64,000 nucleotides of DNA from assembly GCA_038087875.1 (NCBI GenBank), contig CM075985.1:25296001-25360000 (forward strand). Reading direction: 5' to 3'. Within the stretch, counting starts at the first letter, position 1; the number at the start of each line of letters is the position of its first letter. A program made the translations under genes and the position numbers. Source of the stretch: Malacoraja senta. Taxonomy: Eukaryota. Under the pieces are notes generated by a model. The model ran no database searches. It had not been told where the DNA came from and worked only from the letters and a program-made list of their open reading frames with translations. Below are positions 12,101 through 27,100 of the stretch, piece by piece.

Positions 12101-15100
12101 AGCGGTAAAGTGCCACAGCTGGTGCAACTCCTACCTCACAGCACCAGAGACTTCAGATTGATTTGTTCCATGGGTGTTGTGTGCATGGAGATTACATGTA
12201 CTCCCTGTTATGTGTGCCGTTCCTACAAGTGTCAGAAATATATTGTCACTAACCTGATGCAGTACTGGTAGTGGTCTCAGTTGATGATGTAGTTGTTGGT
12301 GTTTCTAGTGAAAGAAAATAATGCAATATTCAACCAAGACAGCCAAGAGGAATTGGTATACAGCTAACTATTGGTAGTCAGGAAACCATCAGCAGGAATT
12401 CATATGCTGGCACACTTTATTAAAATGTTTAACAGATGGTATTTTTGTTCTGCATAGAATAAAATTGTAGGGCAAAACATACTTTTGATCAATCAGCAGC
12501 TGAATATTTCTGTGCGATCACAAATAATCTTGTGCTATCTATACACCAGTTGCGGATTTCCTGGAAGATCAACCGTCTTCCAAAGACCGCAAGGTCTACT
12601 TAATACCTTAATTTCTAATAGTATGGAATGTGTGTACTATGGGTAAGCATGTCTGTTCATATGTCCCATTGATACATGATTCTCAACTTGCATAAAATGT
12701 GTTCATATTAATCATGGTTTTGTTTTTTGCTACGGAATGTCCGAAGAAATAGAGAAGCAGAAAACACCAACACATATCCTCCACAAATCTGAACTATTTT
12801 GAAATTGTGTCATAATTTGGTACAATTGTTATGAGCCAAACATTGACATCTTAACGTGTATATTTGCACAATTTATGCCAATAATGTAAGCAAAGATGCA
12901 AGAAGTAAGTCACAGAGCTGATGTTAGAAATGTTGTTTCATTGTCTTTGATTTGCCAATGTTTATGGAAAGTGGTTTGACTCACCTGTTGTGGAACTGGA
13001 GGTGGACTCAGTTGTACCAGTTGTCAAAGATGTTGTTGGTGTTGATCCTTGAGAGCAAATAGAAAAGCATTTACAAATTGAATTGCAAGAGTCACCAATC
13101 AATTTCAGTACGATACTGCACATTTTCCTGAGACTGGGCTGAATTTTAACAATGTTCATTGTTCGTGCCTAAGCAAAGGACATTTAGAAGTTAACCAAAT
13201 TTTGCTTCGTCATTTATCAAGGACCGAAATTATGAAAAGACATTGTGATTTTTCAAAGAAAGTTCTGAACTCCTTTATTGATCCATTTTTGAAAAATCTT
13301 TGAGCTGAAACAAAACTGTTTAACAGCGTTGCCATGACCAAAAACTCCCGGAATAGTGGAAGAGGCGAAGGGAAGAGACCTTTTCTATAAAAGTGAAAAT
13401 CCTTATCCATGTCAACTGAAAAGTGCCAGCCTCTATGCTCTTTTTAAAATTATTTAGGCAACCAGCACCAAAAGGCCACCTTAATATGGTAGAGGCTTCT
13501 ATATTTTCGTGGTGAGAAACTACATTTTTTGAATAAAGGAATGAACAAATATTCCTGAAGAGGGTGCTGTGTAGAACTTCACTAAACAAAGCACAGTCCT
13601 AAAGGAAAAGCTAACAAGATTGATAGATGATGTTACTAACCTGATGTGGTGCTGGTGGTGGTCTCAGTTGTTGGTGTCGTTTCTAGTGAAAGAAAGAATG
13701 CTGTATTCAAGTGGAGCAGCCAAGAGGAATTGGTACACAGTTATAAAGCCATCAACAGCAATTCATGAGCTGGCACATTTTATGAAAGTGTTTTAATATG
13801 TAGACTGGTTACTTCTTAATAATATATGCAAAGATAAACTGCTCAGCAACAACAGACTGTGTCCCCCGCGGCCTCTCCACGGCGTTCAGCGCCCAGCTCG
13901 CCTATTTCACCACCTCAACTCGGTGGGTCTCCGGTGATGGCCCCGGTCACTTCCCCGTCATTTCACCAGTGAATTGAATAAAGCATGCGGCCATACTATA
14001 CGGCTGCATTACTTTTTCCTCGTCTTTCAGAAATTGCAGGCGATCAGGCATTTAGTAAGATTGAGTTGGCACAGATGTGCAGCTGGTAGAGCTGCAGCCT
14101 CATAGTGTTAGAGATTTGTATTCTATCCTGACCTCGGTTGCTGTCTATGCTGGGATTGCACGTTCTCCTTTTCACTGCCTGTGATCCCCCAAGTTTTTAA
14201 CAGAGGATGATACTGACCTGATGTTGTGGTGGTCCCAGATGTTGATGTAGTTGTTTCTAGTGAAATAAAAAAATGTTATGTTCCACTGAGACAAACAAGA
14301 GGAATTGTTATGCAGTTTAGAATCCTTCAACAGGAATTTATCAACTGGCACCTTTTAATAAAACATTTTACACTTGATATTTCATTATCAGTGAATAAAG
14401 CGTGCGGCCATACAATGCGGCTGCATTACTTTTTCCTTGTCAATCAGCAGCTGAATATGTCAGGGCCATCACAAACAATTTCAATTTCTTAATGTACCAA
14501 CTTCAGATTTTGTGGAAGCTCAGCAAGTATTCCAAGAACTACTGATCAGAAATTTAGAACATAAGGAGTGGTAAAGTGCCACAGCTGGTGCAACTCCTAC
14601 CTCACAGCACCAGACACTTCAGATTGATTTGTTCCATGGGTGTTGTGTGCATGGAGATTACATGTACTCCCTGTTATGTGTGCCTTTCCTACAAGTGTCA
14701 GAAATATATTGTCACTAACCTGATGTAGTACTGGTAGTGGTCTCAGTTGATGATGTAGTTGTTGGTGTTTCTAGTGAAAGAAAATAATGCAATATTTAAC
14801 CAAGACAGCCAAGAGGAATTGGTATACAGCTAACTATTGGTAGTCAGGAAACCATCAGTAGGAATTCAGGTGCTGGCACACTTTATTAAAATGTTTAACA
14901 GATGGCATTTTTCTTCTTCATAGAATAAAATTGTAGGGCAAAACATACTTTTGATCAATCAGCAGCTGAATATTTCTGTGCCATCACAAATAATCCTGTG
15001 CTATCTATACACCAGTTGCGGATTTCCTGGAAGATCAACCGTCTTCCAAAGACCGCAAGGTCTACTTAATACCATAATTTCTAATAGTATGCAATGTGTG

Positions 15101-18100
15101 TACTATGGGTAAGCACGTCTGTTCATATGTCCCATCGATACATGATTCTCAACTTGCATAAAATGTGTTCAAATTAATCATGGTTTTGTTTTTTGCTACG
15201 GAATGTCCGAAGAAATAGAGAAGCAGAAAACACCAACACATATCCTCCACAAATCTGAACTATTTTGAAATTGTGTCATAATTTGGTACAATTGTTATGA
15301 GCCAAACATTGACATCTTAACGTGTATATTTGCACAATTTATGCCAATAATGTAAGCAAAGATGCAAGAAGTAAGTCACAGAGCTGATGTTAGAAATGTT
15401 GTTTCATTGTCTTTGATTTGCCAATGTTTATGGAAAGTGGTTTGACTCACCTGTTGTGGAACTGGAGGTGGACTCAGTTGTACCAGTTGTCAAAGATGTT
15501 GTTGGTGTTGTTCCTTGAGAGCAAATAGAAAAGCATTTACAAATTGAATTGCAAGAGTCACCAATCAATTTCAGTACGATACTGCACATTTTCCTGAGAC
15601 TGGGCTGAATTTTAACAATGTTCATTGTTTGTGCCTAAGCAAAGGACATTTAGAAGTTAACCAAATTTTGCTTCGTCATTTATCAAGGACCGAAATTATG
15701 AAAAGACATTGTGATTTTTCAAAGAAAGTTCTGAACTCCTTTATTGATCAATTTTGGAAAAATCATTGAGCAGAAACAAAACTGTTTAACAGCGTTGCCA
15801 TGACCAAAAACTCCCGGAATAGTGGAAGAGGCGAAGGGAAGAGACCTTTTCTATAAAAGTGCCAGCCTCTATGCTATTTTTAAAATTATTTAGGCAACCA
15901 GCACCAAAAGGCCACCTTAATATGGTAGAGGCTTCTATATTTTCGTGGTGAGAAACTACATTTTTTGAATAAAGGAATGAACAAATATTCCTGAAGAGGG
16001 TGCTGTGTAGACCTTCACTAAACAAAGCACATTCCTAAAGGAAAAGCTAACAAGATTGATAGATGATGTTACTAACCTGATGTAGTGCTGGTGGTGGTCT
16101 CAGTTGTTGGTGTCGTTTCTAGTGAAAGAAAGAATGCTGTATTCAAGTGGAGCAGCCAAGAGGAATTGGTACACGGTTATAAAGCCATCAACAGCAATTC
16201 ATGAGCTGGCACATTTAATGAAAGTGTTTTAATATGTAGATTGGTTACTTCTTAATAATATATGCAAAGATAAACTGCTCAGCAACAACAGACTGTGTCC
16301 CCCGCGGCCTCTCCACGGCGTTCAGCGCCCAGCTCGCCTATTTCACCACCTCAACTCGGTGGGTCTCCGGTGATGGCCCCGGTCACTTCCCCGGTCACTT
16401 CCCTGTCATTTCACCAGTGAATTGAATAAAGCATGCGGCCATACTATACGGCTGCATTACTTTTTCCTTGTCAATCAGCAGCTGAATATTTCAGGGCCAT
16501 CATAAACAATTTCAATTTCTTAATGTACCAACTTCAGATTTTGTGGAAGCTCAGAAAGTATTCTAAGAACTACTGATCAGAAATTTAGAAAATAAGGAGC
16601 GGTAAAGTGCCACAGCTGGTGCAACTCCTACCTCACAGCACCAGAGAATTCAGATTGATTTGTTCCACAGGTGTTGTGTGCATGGAGATTACATGTACTC
16701 CTGTTGTGTGTGCCTTTCCTACAAGTGTCTGAAATATATTGTCACTAACCTGATGTAGTACTGGTTGTGGTCTCAGTTGTTGATGTAGTTGTTGGTGTTT
16801 CTACTGAAAGAAAATAATGCAATATTCAACCAAGGCAGCCAAGAGGAATTGGTATACACCTAACAATTGGTAGTCAGGAAACCATCAGCAGGAATTCATA
16901 TGCTGGCACACTTTATTAAAATGTTTAACAGATGGAATTTTTGTTCTTCGTAGAATAAAATGGCAGGCCAAATTATATCTGATCAATCAGCAGCTGAATA
17001 TTTCTGTGCCATCACAAATAAACCTGTTCTCTCTATATACCAGTTGCAGATTTCCTGGAAGATCAACCGTCTTCCAAATACCGCAAGGTCTACTTAATAC
17101 CATATTTTCTAATACCATTATTCGTTGATCCATTTTTGAAAAATCTTTGAGCTGAAACAAAACTGTTTAACAGCGTTGCCATGACCAAAAACTCCCGGAA
17201 TAGTGGAAGAGGCGAAGGGAAGAGACCTTTTCTATAAAAGTGAAAATCCTTATCCATATCTACTGTAAGGTGCCAGACTCAATTCACTTTTTAAATTATT
17301 ATTGCAGGCAATCAGCACCAAAAGGCCTCCTTAATTCGGTAGTTGTTTCTATATTTTCTTGGTGAGAAACTACATTTTTGGAATAAAGCAATGAACAAAT
17401 ATTCCTGAAGAGGGTGCTATATAGAGCTTCACTAAACAAAGTACAGTCCTAAAGGAAAAGCTAACAAGATTGATAGATGATGTTACTAACCTGATGTAAT
17501 GCTGGTGGTGGTCTCTGTTGTTGGTGTCGTGTCTAGTGAAAAAAAAGAATGCTGTATTCAAGTGGGGCAGCCAAGAGGAATTGGTACGCAGTTATAAAGC
17601 CATCAACAGGAATTCATGAGCTGGCATATTTTATGAAAACGTTTTACTAGTTGTCACTTTCTTCATCAGTCAATAAAGCATGCGGCCATACTATATGGCT
17701 GCATTGATTTTTCCTCGTCTTTCAGAAATTGCAGCTGATCAGGCATTTAGTAAGATTGAGTTGGCACAGATGTGCAGCTGGTAGAGCTGCAGCCTCATAG
17801 TGTTAGAGATTTGTATTCTATCCTGACCTCGGTTGCTGTCTATGCTGGGATTGCACGTTCCCCTTTTCACTGCCTGTGATCCCCCAAGTTTTTAACAGAG
17901 GATAATACTGACCTGATGTTGTGGTGGTCCCAGATGTTGATGTAATTTTTTCTAGTGAAATAAAAAAATGTTATGTTCCACTGAGACAAAGAAGAGGAAT
18001 TGTTATGCAGTTTAGAATCCTTCAACAGGAATTTATCAACTGGCACCTTTTAATAAAACATTTTACACTTGATATTTCCTTATCAGTGAATAAAGCGTGC

Positions 18101-21100
18101 GGCCATACAATGCGGCTGCATTACTTTTTCCTTGTCAATCAGCAGCTGAATATGTCAGGGCCATCACAAACAATTTCAATTTCTTAATGTACCAACTTCA
18201 GATTTTGTGGAAGCTCAGCAAGTATTCCAAGAACTACTGATCAGAAATTTAGAACATAAGGAGCGGTAAAGTGCCACAGCTGGTGCAACTCCTACCTCAC
18301 AGCACCAGAGACTTCAGATTGATTTGTTCCATGGGTGTTGTGTGCATGGAGATTACATGTACTCCTGTTATGTGTGCCTTTCCTACAAGTGTCAGAAATA
18401 TATTGTCACTAACCTGATGTAGTACTGGTAGTGGTCTCAGTTGATGATGTAGTTGTTGGTGTTTCTAGTGAAAGAAAATAATGCAATATTCAACCAAGAC
18501 AGCCAAGAGGAATTGGTATACAGCTAACTATTGGTAGTCAGGAAACCATCAGCAGGAATTCATATGCTGGCACACTTTATTAAAATGTTTAACAGATGGC
18601 ATTTTTGTTCTTCATAGAATAAAATTGTAGGGCAAAACATACTTTTGATCAATCAGCAGCTGAATATTTCTGTGCCATCACAAATAATCCTGTGCTATCT
18701 ATACACCAGTTGCAGATTTCCTGGAAGATCAACCGTCTTCCAAAGACCGCAAGGTCTACTTAATACCATAATTTCTAATAGTATGGAATGTGTGTACTAT
18801 GGGTAAGCATGTCTGTTCATATGTCCCATTGATACATGATTCTCAACTTGCATAAAATGTGTTCATATTAATCATGGTTTTGTTTTTTGCTACGGAATGT
18901 CCGAAGAAATAGAGAAGCAGAAAACACCAACACATATCCTCCACAAATCTGAACTATTTTGAAATTGTGTCATAATATGGTACAATTGTTATCAGCCAAA
19001 CATTGACATCTTAACGTGTATATTTGCACAATTTATGCCAATAATGTAAGCAAAGATGCAAGAAGTAAGTCACAGAGCTGATGTTAGAAATGTTGTTTCA
19101 TTGTCTTTGATTTGCCAATGTTTATGGAAAGTGGTTTGACTCACCTGTTGTGGAACTGGAGGTGGACTCAGTTGTACCAGTTGTCAAAGATGTTGTTGGT
19201 GTTGTTCCTTGAGAGCAAATAGAAAAGTATTTACAAATTGAATTGCAAGAGTCACCAATCAATTTCAGTACGATACTGCACATTTTCCTGAGACTGGGCT
19301 GAATTTTAACAATGTTCATTGTTCGTGCCTAAGCAAAGGACATTTAGAAGTTAACCAAATTTTGCTTCGTCATTTATCAAGGACCGAAATAATGAAAAGA
19401 CATTGTGATTTTTCAAAGAAAGTTCTGAACTCCTTTCTTGATCCATTTTGGAAAAATCATTGAGCAGAAACAAAACTGTTTAACAGCGTTGCCATGACCA
19501 AAAACTCCCGGTATAGTGGAAGAGGCGAAGGGAAGAGACCTTTTCTATAAAAGTGAAAATCCTTATCCATGTCAACTGAAACGTGTCAGCCTCAATGCTC
19601 TTTTTAAAATTATTTAGGCAACCAGCACCAAAAGGCCACCTTAATATGGTAGAGGCTTCTATATTTTCCTGGTGAGAAACTACATTTTTTGAATAAAGGA
19701 ATGAACAAATATTCCTGAAGAGGGTGCTGTGTAGAAGTTCACTAAACAAAGCACAGTCCTAAAGGAAAAGCTAACAAGATTGATAGATGATGTTACTAAC
19801 CTGATGTAGTGCTGGTGGTGGTCTCAGTTGTTGGTGTCGTTTCTAGTGAAAGAAAGAATGCTGTATTCAAGTGGAGCAGCCAAGAGGAATTGGTACACAG
19901 TTATAAAGCCATCAACAGCAATTCATGAGCTGGCACATTTTATGAAAGTGTTTTAATATGTAGATTGGTTACTTCTTAATAATATATGCAAAGATAAACT
20001 GCTCAGCAACAACAGACTGTGTCCCCCGCGGCCTCTCCACGGCGTTTAGCGCCCAGCTCGCCTATTTCACCACCTCAACTCGGTGGGTCTCCGGTGATGG
20101 CCCCGGTCACTTCCCCGGTCACTTCCCCGTCATTTCACCAGTGAATTGTATAAAGCATGCGGCCATACTATACGGCTGCATTACTTTTTCCTTGTCAATC
20201 AGCAGCTGAATATTTCAGGGCCATCATAAACAATTTCAATTTCTTAATGTACCAACTTCAGATTTTGTGGAAGCTCAGCAAGTATTCTAAGAACTACTGA
20301 TCAGAAATTTAGAACATAAGGAGCGGTAAAGTGCCACAGCTGGTGCAACTCCTACCTCACAGCACCAGAGAATTCAGATTGATTTGTTCCACAGGTGTTG
20401 TGTGCATGGAGATTACATGTACTCCTGTTGTGTGTGCCTTTCCTACAAGTGTCAGAAATATATTGTCACTAACCTGATGTAGTACTGGTTGTGGTCTCAG
20501 TTGTTGATGTAGTTGTTGGTGTTTCTACTGAAAGAAAATAATGCAATATTCAACCAAGGCAGCTAAGAGGAATTGGTATACACCTAACTATTGGTAGTCA
20601 GGAAACCATCAGCAGGAATTCATATGCTGGCACACTTTAGTAAAATGTTTAACATATGGCATTTTTGTTCTTCCTAGAATAAAATGGCAGGCCAAATTAT
20701 ATCTGATCAATCAGCAGCTGAATATTTCTGTGCCATCACAAATAAACCTGTTCTCTCTATATACCAGTTGCAGATTTCCTGGAAGATCAACCGTCTTCCA
20801 AATACCACAAGGTCTACTTAATACCATATTTTCTAATACCATTATTCGTTGATCCATTTTTGAAGAATCTTTGAGCTGAAACAAAACTGTTTAACAGCGT
20901 TGACATGACCAAAAACTCCCGGAATAGTGGCAGAGGCGAAGGGAAGAGACCTTTTCTATAAAAGTGAAAATCCATATCCATATCTACTGTAAGGTGCCAG
21001 ACTGAATTTACTTTTTAAATTATTATTGCAGGCAATCAGCACCAAAAGGCCTCCTTAATTCGGTAGTTGTTTCTATATTTTCTTGGTGAGAAACTACATT

Positions 21101-24100
21101 TTTGGAATAAAGCAATGAACAAATATTCCTGACGAGGGTGCTATATAGAGCTTCACTAAACAAAGCACAGTCCTAAAGGAAAAGCTAACAAGATTGATAG
21201 ATGATGTTACTAACCTGATGTAATGCTGGGGATGGTCTCTGTTGTTGGTGTCGTTTCTAGTGAAAAAAAAGAATGCTGTATTCAAGTGGGGCAGCCAAGA
21301 GGAATTGGTACGCAGTTATAAAGCCATCAACAGGAATTCATGAACTGGCATATTTTATGAAAACGTTTTACTAGTTGTCACTTTCTTCATCAGTCAATAA
21401 AGCATGTGGCCATAATATATGGCGGCATTGATTTTTCCTCGTCTTTCAGAAATTGCAGGTGATCAGGCATTTAGTAAGATTGAGTTGGCACAGATGTGCA
21501 GCTGGTAGAGCTGCAGCCTCATAGTGTTAGAGATTTGTATTCTATCCTGACCTCGGTTGCTGTCTATGCTGGGATTGCACGTTCTCCTTTTCACTGCCTG
21601 TGATGCCCCAAGTTTTTAACAGAGGATGATACTGACCTGATGTTGTGGTGGTCCCAGATGTTGATGTAGTTGTTTCTAGTGAATTAAAAAAAATGTTATG
21701 TTCCACTGAGACAAACAAGAGGAATTGTTATGCAGTTTAGAATCCTTCAACAGGAATTTATTAACTGGCACCTTTTAATAAAACATTTTACACTTGATAT
21801 TTCCTTATCAGTGAATAAAGCGTGCGGCCATTACTTTTTCCTTGTCAATCAGCAGCTGAATATGTCAGGGCCATCACAAACAATTTCAATTTCTTAATGT
21901 ACCAACTTCAGATTTTTTGGAAGCTCAGCAAGTATTCCAAGAACTACTGATCAGAAATTTAGAATATAAGGAGCGGTAAAGTGCCACAGCTGGTGCAACT
22001 CCTACCTCACAGCACCAGAGACTTCAGATTGATTTGTTCCATGGGTGTTGTGTGCATGGAGATTAAATGTACTCCTGTTATGTGTGCCTTTCCTACAAGT
22101 GTCAGAAATATATTGTCACTAACCTGATGTAGTACTGGTAGTGGTCTCAGTTGATGATGTAGTTGTTGGTGTTTCTAGTGAAAGAAAATAATGCAATATT
22201 CAACCAAGACAGCCAAGAGGAATTGGTATACAGCTAACTATTGGTAGTCAGGAAACCATCAGCAGGAATTCATATGCTGGCACACTTTATTAAAATGTTT
22301 AACAGAAGGCATTTTTGTTCTTCATAGAATAAAATTGTAGGGCAAAACATACTTTTGATCAATCAGCAGCTGAATATTTCTGTGCCATCACAAATAATCC
22401 TGTGCTATCTGTACACCAGTTGCGGATTTCCTGGAAGATCAACCGTCTTCCAAAGACCGCAAGGTCTACTTAATACCATAATTTCTAATAGTATGGAATG
22501 TGTGTACTATGGGTAAGCATGTCTGTTCATATGTCCCATTGATACATGATTCTCAACTTGCATAAAATGTGTTCATATTAATCATGGTTTTGTTTTTTGC
22601 TACGGAATGTCCGAAGAAATAGAGAAGCAGAAAACACCAACACGTATCCTCCACAAATCTGAACTATTTTGAAATTGTGTCATAATTTGGTCCAATTGTT
22701 ATGGGTCAAACATTGACATCTTAACGTGTATATTTGCACAATTTATGCCAATAATGTAAGCAAAGATGCAAGAAGTAAGTCACAGAGCTGATGTTAGAAA
22801 TGTTGTTTCATTGTCTTTGATTTGCCAATGTTTATGGAAAGTGGTTTGACTCACCTGTTGTGGAACTGGAGGTGGACTCAGTTTTACCAGTTGTCAAAGA
22901 TGTTGTTGGTGTTGTTCCTTGAGAGCAAATAGAAAAGCATTTACAAATTGAATTGCAAGAGTCACCAATCAATTTCAGTACGATACTGCACATTTTCCTG
23001 AGACTGGGCTGAATTTTAACAATGTTCATTGTTCGTGCCTAAGCAAAGGACATTTAGAAGTTAACCAAATATTGCTTCGTCATTTATCAAGGACCGAAAT
23101 TATGAAAAGATATTGTGATTTTTCAAAGAAAGTTCTGAACACCTTTATTGAACCATTTTGGAAAAATCATTGAGCAGAAACAAAACTGTTTAACAGCGTT
23201 GCCATGACCAAAAAATCCCAGAATAGTGGAAGAGGCGAAGGGAAGAGACCTTTTCTATAAAAGTGAAAATCCTTATCCATGTCAACTGAAAAGTGCCAGC
23301 CTCAATGCTCTTTTTAGAATTATTTAGGCAACCAGCACCAAAAGGCCACCTTAATATGGTAGAGGCTTCTATATTTTCGTGGTGAGAAACTACATTTTTT
23401 TAATAAAGCAATGAACAAATATTCCTGAAGAGGGTGCTGTGTAGAACTTCAATAAACAAAGCACAGTCCTAAAGGAAAAGCTAACAAGATTGATAGATGA
23501 TGTTACTAACCTGATGTAGTGCTGGTGGTGGTCTCAGTTGTTGGTGTCGTTTCTAGTGAAAGAAAGAATGCTGTATTCAAGTGGAGCAGCCAAGAGGAAT
23601 TGGTACACAGTTATAAAGCCATCAACAGCAATTCATGAGCTGGCACATTTTATGAAAGTGTTTTAATATGTAGATTGGTTACTTCTTAATAATATATGCA
23701 AAGATAAACTGCTCAGCAACAACAGACTGTGTCCCCCGCGGCCTCTCCACGGCGTTCAGCGCCCAGCTCGCCTATTTCACCACCTCAACTCGGTGGGTCT
23801 CTGGTGATGGCCCCGGTCACTTCCCCGGTCACTTCCCCGTCGTTTCACCAGTGAATTGAATAAAGCATGCGGCCATACTATACGGCTGCATTACTTTTTC
23901 CTTGTCAATCAGCAGCTGAATATTTCAGGGCCATCATAAACAATTTCAATTTCTTAATGTACCAACTTCAGATTTTGTGGAAGCTCAGTAAGTATTCTAA
24001 GAACTACTGATCAGAAATTTAGAACATAAGGAGCGGTAAAGTGCCACAGCTGGTGCAACTCCTACCTCACAGCACCAGATAATTCAGATTGATTTGTTCC

Positions 24101-27100
24101 ACAGGTGTTGTGTGCATGGAGATTACATGTACTCCTGTTGTGTGTGCCTTTCCTACAAGTGTCTGAAATATATTGTCACTAACCTGCTGTAGTACTGGTT
24201 GTGGTCTCAGTTGTTGATGTAGTTGTTGGTGTTTCTACTGAAAGAAAATAATGCAATATTCAACCAAGGCAGCCAAGAGGAATTGGTATACACCTAACTA
24301 TTGGTAGTCAGGAAACCATCAGCAGGAATTCATATGCTGGCACACTTTATTAAAATGCTTATCAGATGGCATTTTTGTTCTTCGTAGAATAAAATGGCAG
24401 GCCAAATTATATCTGATCAATCAGCAGCTGAATATTTCTGTGCCATCACAAAAAAACCTGTTCTCTCTATATACCAGTTGCAGATTTCCTGGAAGATCAA
24501 CCGTCTTCCAAATACCGCAAGGTCTACTTAATACCATATTTTCTAATACCATTATTCGTTGATCCTTTTTTGAAAAATCTTTGAGCTGAAACAAAACTGT
24601 TTAACAGCGTTGCCATGACCAAAAACTCCCGGAATAGTGGAAGAGGCGAAGGGAAGAGACCTTTTCTATAAAAGTGAAAATCCTTATCCATATCTACTGT
24701 AAGGTGCCAGACTCAATTCACTTTTTAAATTATTATTGCAGGCAATCAGCACCAAAAGGCCTCCTTAATTCGGTAGTTGTTTCTATATTTTCTTGGTGAG
24801 AAACTACATTTTTGGAATAAAGCAATGAACAAATATTCCTGAAGAGGGTACTATATAGAGCTTCACTAAACAAAGCACAGTCCTAAAGGAAAAGCTAACA
24901 AGATTGATAGATGATGTTACTAACCTGATGTAATGCTGGTGGTGGTCTCTGTTGTTGGTGTCGTTTCTAGTGAAAAAAAAGAATGCTGTATTCAAGTGGG
25001 GCAGCCAAGAGGAATTGATACGCAGTTATAAAGCCATCAACAGGAATTCATGAGCTGGCATATTTTATGAAAACGTTTTACTAGTTGTCACTTTCTTCAT
25101 CAGTCAATAAAGCATGCGGCCATACTCTATGGCTGCATTGATTTTTCCTCGTCTTTCAGAAATTGCAGCTGATCAGGCATTTAGTAAGATTGAGTTGGCA
25201 CAGATGTGCAGCTGGCACAGCTGCAGCCTCATAGTGTTAGAGATTAGTATTCTATCCTGACCTCGGTTGCTGTCTATGCTGGGATTGCACGTTCTCCTTT
25301 TCACTGCCTGTGATCCCCCAAGTTTTTAACAGAGGATGATACTGACCTGATGTTGTGGTGGTCCCAGATGTTGATGTAGTTGTTTCTAGTGAAATACAAA
25401 AAAATGTTATGTTCCACTGAGACAAACAAGAGGAATTGTTATGCAGTTTAGAATCCTTCAACAGGAATTTATCAACTGGCACCTTTTAATAAAACATTTT
25501 ACACTTGATATTTCCTTATCAGTGAATAAAGCGTGCGGCCATACAATGCGGCTGCATTACTTTTTCCTTGTCAATCAGCAGCTGAATATGTCAGTGCCAT
25601 CACAAACAATTTCAATTTCTTAATGTACCAACTTCAGATTTTGTGGAAGCTCAGCAAGTATTCCAAGAACTACTGATCAGAAATTTAGAACATAAGGAGC
25701 GGTAAAGTGCCACAGCTGGTGCAACTCCTACCTCACAGCACCAGAGACTTCAGATTGATTTGTTCCATGGGTGTTGTGTGCATGGAGATTAAATGTACTC
25801 CTGTTATGTGTGCCTTTCCTACAAGTGTCAGAAATATATTGTCACTAACCTGATGTAGTACTGGTAGTGGTCTCAGTTGATGATGTAGTTGTTGGTGTTT
25901 CTAGTGAAAGAAAATAATGCAATATTCAACCAAGACAGCCAAGAGGAATTGGTATACAGCTAATTATTGGTAGTCAGGAAACCATCAGCAGGAATTCATA
26001 TGCTGGCACACTTTATTAAAATGTTTAACAGATGGCATTTTTGTTCTTCATAGAATAAAATTGTAGGGCAAAACATACTTTTGATCAATCAGCAGCTGAA
26101 TATTTCTGTGCCATCACAAATGATCCTGTGCTATCTATACACCAGTTGCGGATTTCCTGGAAGATGATCCGTCTTCCAAAGACCGCAAGGTCTACTTAAT
26201 ACCATAATTTCTAATAGTATGGAATGTGTGTACTATGGGTAAGCATGTCTGTTCATATGTCCCATTGATACATGATTCTCAACTTGCATAAAATGTGTTC
26301 ATATTAATCATGGTTTTGTTTTTTGCTACGGAATGTCGGAAGAAATAGAGAAGCAGAAAACACCAACACATATCCTCCACAAATCTGAACTATTTTGAAA
26401 TTGTGTCATAATTTGGTACAATTGTTATGTGCCAAACATTGACATCCTAACGTGTATATTTGCACAATTTATGCCAATAATGTAAGCAAAGATGCAAGAA
26501 GTAAGTCACAGAGCTGATGTTAGAAATGTTGTTTCATTGTCTTTGATTTGCCAGTGTTTATGGAAAGTGGTTTGACTCACCTGTTGTGGAACGGGAGGTG
26601 GACTCAGTTGTACCAGTTGTCAAAGATGTTGTTGGTGTTGTTCCTTGAGAGCAAATAGAAAAGCATTTACAAATTGAATTGCAAGAGTCACCAATCAATT
26701 TCAGTACGATACTGCACATTTTCCTGAGACTGGGCTGAATTTTAACAATGTTCATTGTTCGTGCCTAAGCAAAGGACATTTAGAAGTTAACCAAATTTTG
26801 CTTCGTCATTTATCAAGGACCGAAATTATGAAAAGACATTGTGATTTTTCAAAGAAAGTTCTGAACTCCTTTATTGATCCATTTTGGAAAAATCATTGAG
26901 CAGAAACAAAACTGTTTAACAGCGTTGCCATGACCAAAAACTCCCGGAATAGTGGAAGAGGGAAAGGGAAGAGACCTTTTCTATAAAAGTGAAAATCCTT
27001 ATCCATGTCAACTGAAAAGTGCCACCCTCAATGCTCTTTTTAAAATTATTTAGGCAACCAGGACCAAAAGGCCACCTTAATATGGTTGAGGCTTCTATAT

